A stretch of 64,000 nt of DNA from Rhizaria sp. SCN 62-66 (lineage: Eukaryota), in NCBI GenBank assembly GCA_001724265.1, contig MEDY01000005.1, forward strand, positions 1 to 64,000, read 5' to 3'. The notes below the pieces were generated by a model. That model was not told the origin of the DNA. It ran no database searches and saw only the letters and a program-made list of their open reading frames with translations. The position numbers and the translations under genes are program-made. Shown here piece by piece: positions 61,669 to 64,000 of the stretch; the stretch's first letter is position 1; each line of letters begins with the position of its first letter.

Positions 61669-63576
61669 TTACTGCGCGGGCGGCGGCGGGATGGCGTCCC
61701 CGTCCTCGTCGTACTGCGACACAGGCACCGCGGCGGCCGCGGCCAGGTTGTCGGTGCTTCCGCTTGAGTACAGCGCGCTCGTACCGGAGCCGGACTGCTG
61801 CTGCTGTTGAGACTGCTGGTGAAAAGTGACCGTGTTGGCGCTGTTGCTGTTGCCGTAGAGCGAGCCCGCGCCGCCGTCGTCGCCGTCATTGCCCTCGAGC
61901 ATCGTCGGCAGCGTCGACCGGACGCCACCGCCCATGTAGCCCCCCGCACCGCCGGCGCGCCGCACGGTGTGCGCGTCGTAGGGGTCGCCGCCCGCGCCGC
62001 CGTCGCGGAAGTCGCCGCTGGCGCCGAAGCTGCTGCCGGACGAGTAGAGCTCGACTGCCGACTCGTCGCGGGCCATGCCATAGCCGCCCGCGGCAACCGT
62101 GGCCACAGCGGCCGCGCTGGGCGTCGCGACGTGCGAGCCCGAGCCCTCGGCGTGGTGGGTGTAGGTCCCCACGGTGGAGCCCGTGGCAACGGGGCCGGTT
62201 CTACCGTGGCCCCCGTCGGTGTCGGTGTCCGTATCGTAGTTGTTGTTGTCGTCGTACAGCCCAGCGCTCTTGTCGTCGGCATTGCCGCCGTTGGCGACGC
62301 GCTGCATGTCGGCCTCGCGCTCGACCTTGAGCGCCTCCTGGCGCTGCAGGGGCGACATCTCGCGGTCAAGCAGGATGCCGCCGTTGGGCTGCGCGTGGCC
62401 GCCGATCTTCTCCTGCCAGTAGGTCGCGAAGTAGGTGAACATGCCGACGATCTTGGTCGTCGTGTACAGCGAGCGGCGGCGCAGGTAGCGCGACACGGAC
62501 ATGTTGATAAAGTAGAGCAGGATGTAGTGTGCAAACAGCGCGCAGGCTGCGAAGAAGCACACCGCGTAGAAGGTCACACCGCGCTTGCCGTTGTAGACAA
62601 TGAACATGAGAGCCACGCCCAGTCCGTGCTCGATGGCGAGCTTGACCTCGATGCCCACGTAGCCCTTCCACCAGTCGAGCACATTGTGCGACGGCGCCCA
62701 GGGGAAAGAAAAGAACACTGCATGCAGCGCGACAATGTGCGCGTAGAGAGCCTCGACCTTAGTGAACTGGAGCGGCGTGTCACGGCATAGCACGCGCGAC
62801 TGCTTCATGTTGCGCACAACCATGAGAATGCCGGCAAGGTATGACAGCGCGAGCCAGATGTAGATGTAGCCCTGCAGCGAGATCATGAGGAACGCAGCCA
62901 GCGTCACGCGCATCGCAGTCGTCAGCAGACCCTTGAACAGCAGGTATGCGTAGGTGCTCTTGCCCACGCGCACGTACTGGTAGTACTGCAGGTAGTTCCA
63001 GGCGCCGGTGAAGGCGGTGAGCACCATGACGACGATCTGCATGGTGGTCATCGTCTCGTCCCGCAGGTACACGTACACCTGGATCAGCAGCGACGGCACG
63101 TCGGGCTGAAAAGTAGAGAAGAGACTGTGGGCGCGGAAGAAAGGGTGCGGCCAGTGGCGACCGCGCATCGCGCGCCAGTCCTGCACGTAGTAGTAGAAGT
63201 CGGCGACTTCGCGCAGCTGCAGCAGGTCGAGGAAGAAGGTGCCGATGGCGCCAGTGCTCGCCCACCGCACGAGGATCTGCGTCAGCGTCTTGGCGGCGTA
63301 GAAGGCGATGAGGGTAAACGCAGCGGCCTTACGCTTGTCGTTGTAGTACTCAACGACGAGGACCGCGGTGAGGATCGTGGTGATGATGTAGATCACGAGG
63401 AGAAACATCGCCACGATGAGCTGTGCGTTGTGGTTGCTGCCCGCCTGGCCGGCCTCGTCATCGACGAAGCCGCCCGCGCCGACAGAGGGATCCTTCTTGC
63501 GGTACGATGACATGTGCGAGAGATCGCTGGGGCGCGTGCCCATGGCGTCGCCGCTTAAAGACGACACGCTGCTCAT
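61669..63576 (-). CDS. Multi-pass membrane protein, XK-related (scramblase-like) candidate, with Gly/Asp-rich cytoplasmic tail
   Basis: About 8-9 hydrophobic segments. FQPDVPSLLIQVYVYL resembles the XK-family E-S-x-P-Q-L-x-L-Q-x-Y motif. Intronless, TAA stop. Confidence 0.55.
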   Translation of the reverse strand: MSSVSSLSGDAMGTRPSDLSHMSSYRKKDPSVGAGGFVDDEAGQAGSNHNAQLIVAMFLLVIYIITTILTAVLVVEYYNDKRKAAAFTLIAFYAAKTLTQILVRWASTGAIGTFFLDLLQLREVADFYYYVQDWRAMRGRHWPHPFFRAHSLFSTFQPDVPSLLIQVYVYLRDETMTTMQIVVMVLTAFTGAWNYLQYYQYVRVGKSTYAYLLFKGLLTTAMRVTLAAFLMISLQGYIYIWLALSYLAGILMVVRNMKQSRVLCRDTPLQFTKVEALYAHIVALHAVFFSFPWAPSHNVLDWWKGYVGIEVKLAIEHGLGVALMFIVYNGKRGVTFYAVCFFAACALFAHYILLYFINMSVSRYLRRRSLYTTTKIVGMFTYFATYWQEKIGGHAQPNGGILLDREMSPLQRQEALKVEREADMQRVANGGNADDKSAGLYDDNNNYDTDTDTDGGHGRTGPVATGSTVGTYTHHAEGSGSHVATPSAAAVATVAAGGYGMARDESAVELYSSGSSFGASGDFRDGGAGGDPYDAHTVRRAGGAGGYMGGGVRSTLPTMLEGNDGDDGGAGSLYGNSNSANTVTFHQQSQQQQQSGSGTSALYSSGSTDNLAAAAAVPVSQYDEDGDAIPPPPAQ

Positions 63577-64000
63577 GGTGTGATGACGGATATCAAGCGT
63601 ACAAACAGTAACTGAAACGTGTGAGCCGCTTGTCGTCAAGGATGAGTGACAACAAGGGAGAGCGCGCGACGAATGCGGCTGTGGATGCGCGTAAGTGTAC
63701 GAGGTCGCTATACAGTCGCTGTTCGTGCTCTTGTGTTCCTGTTCAAGGTAGGTGTGACTGAAGGAGCGGTTTGGTAGACGCGGACGGAACGAGAAGGAGG
63801 AAGGAAAAGCGCGGATTTAGCGAGGTCAAGTATCGATTATCGGGGAGCAGTTGTAACATAGAGGTATCACCGCGTGGGTATGCAACAAACACGCAGATGT
63901 GTGCATATCTGTCTAGGTTATAGAGTGTGCAGCTTGGAAGTAAAGGGGGGAGCCCAGCCGAAGCAGAGGGAGAGCATTTGAGTGGCCATCGAGCAGTCCG

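Overview
Gene-dense 64-kb window from a eukaryotic (protist-like) nuclear genome. It has GC-rich exons, AT-richer intergenic spacers and short GT-AG spliceosomal introns (13 reconstructed, 11 with a GTACG donor). About 14 protein genes can be built by hand. These include ERG4 sterol reductase, tryptophan 2,3-dioxygenase, KRR1, an epsinR/ENTH protein, a mitochondrial carrier, a GT2 glycosyltransferase, DDT/WHIM-like, GIDE-like and XK-like proteins, a UAP56-binding-motif RS/Q protein, a secreted Ala/Pro-rich protein and a ~7,300-aa giant protein. The main discovery signal is a probable variant nuclear genetic code. Five in-frame TAG codons in three genes sit in or beside Gln runs and the reading frames continue through them. 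All 14 gene models then end in TAA (10) or TGA (4), never TAG. This points to UAG=Gln with UAA kept as stop, a rare uncoupling of UAA and UAG. Caveats: TAG is rare (none in the ~7,300-codon gene or the conserved enzymes), one site lies two codons from a TAA, and no suppressor tRNA or eRF1 gene is visible here. All family assignments come from motif recognition by eye, with no database searches.
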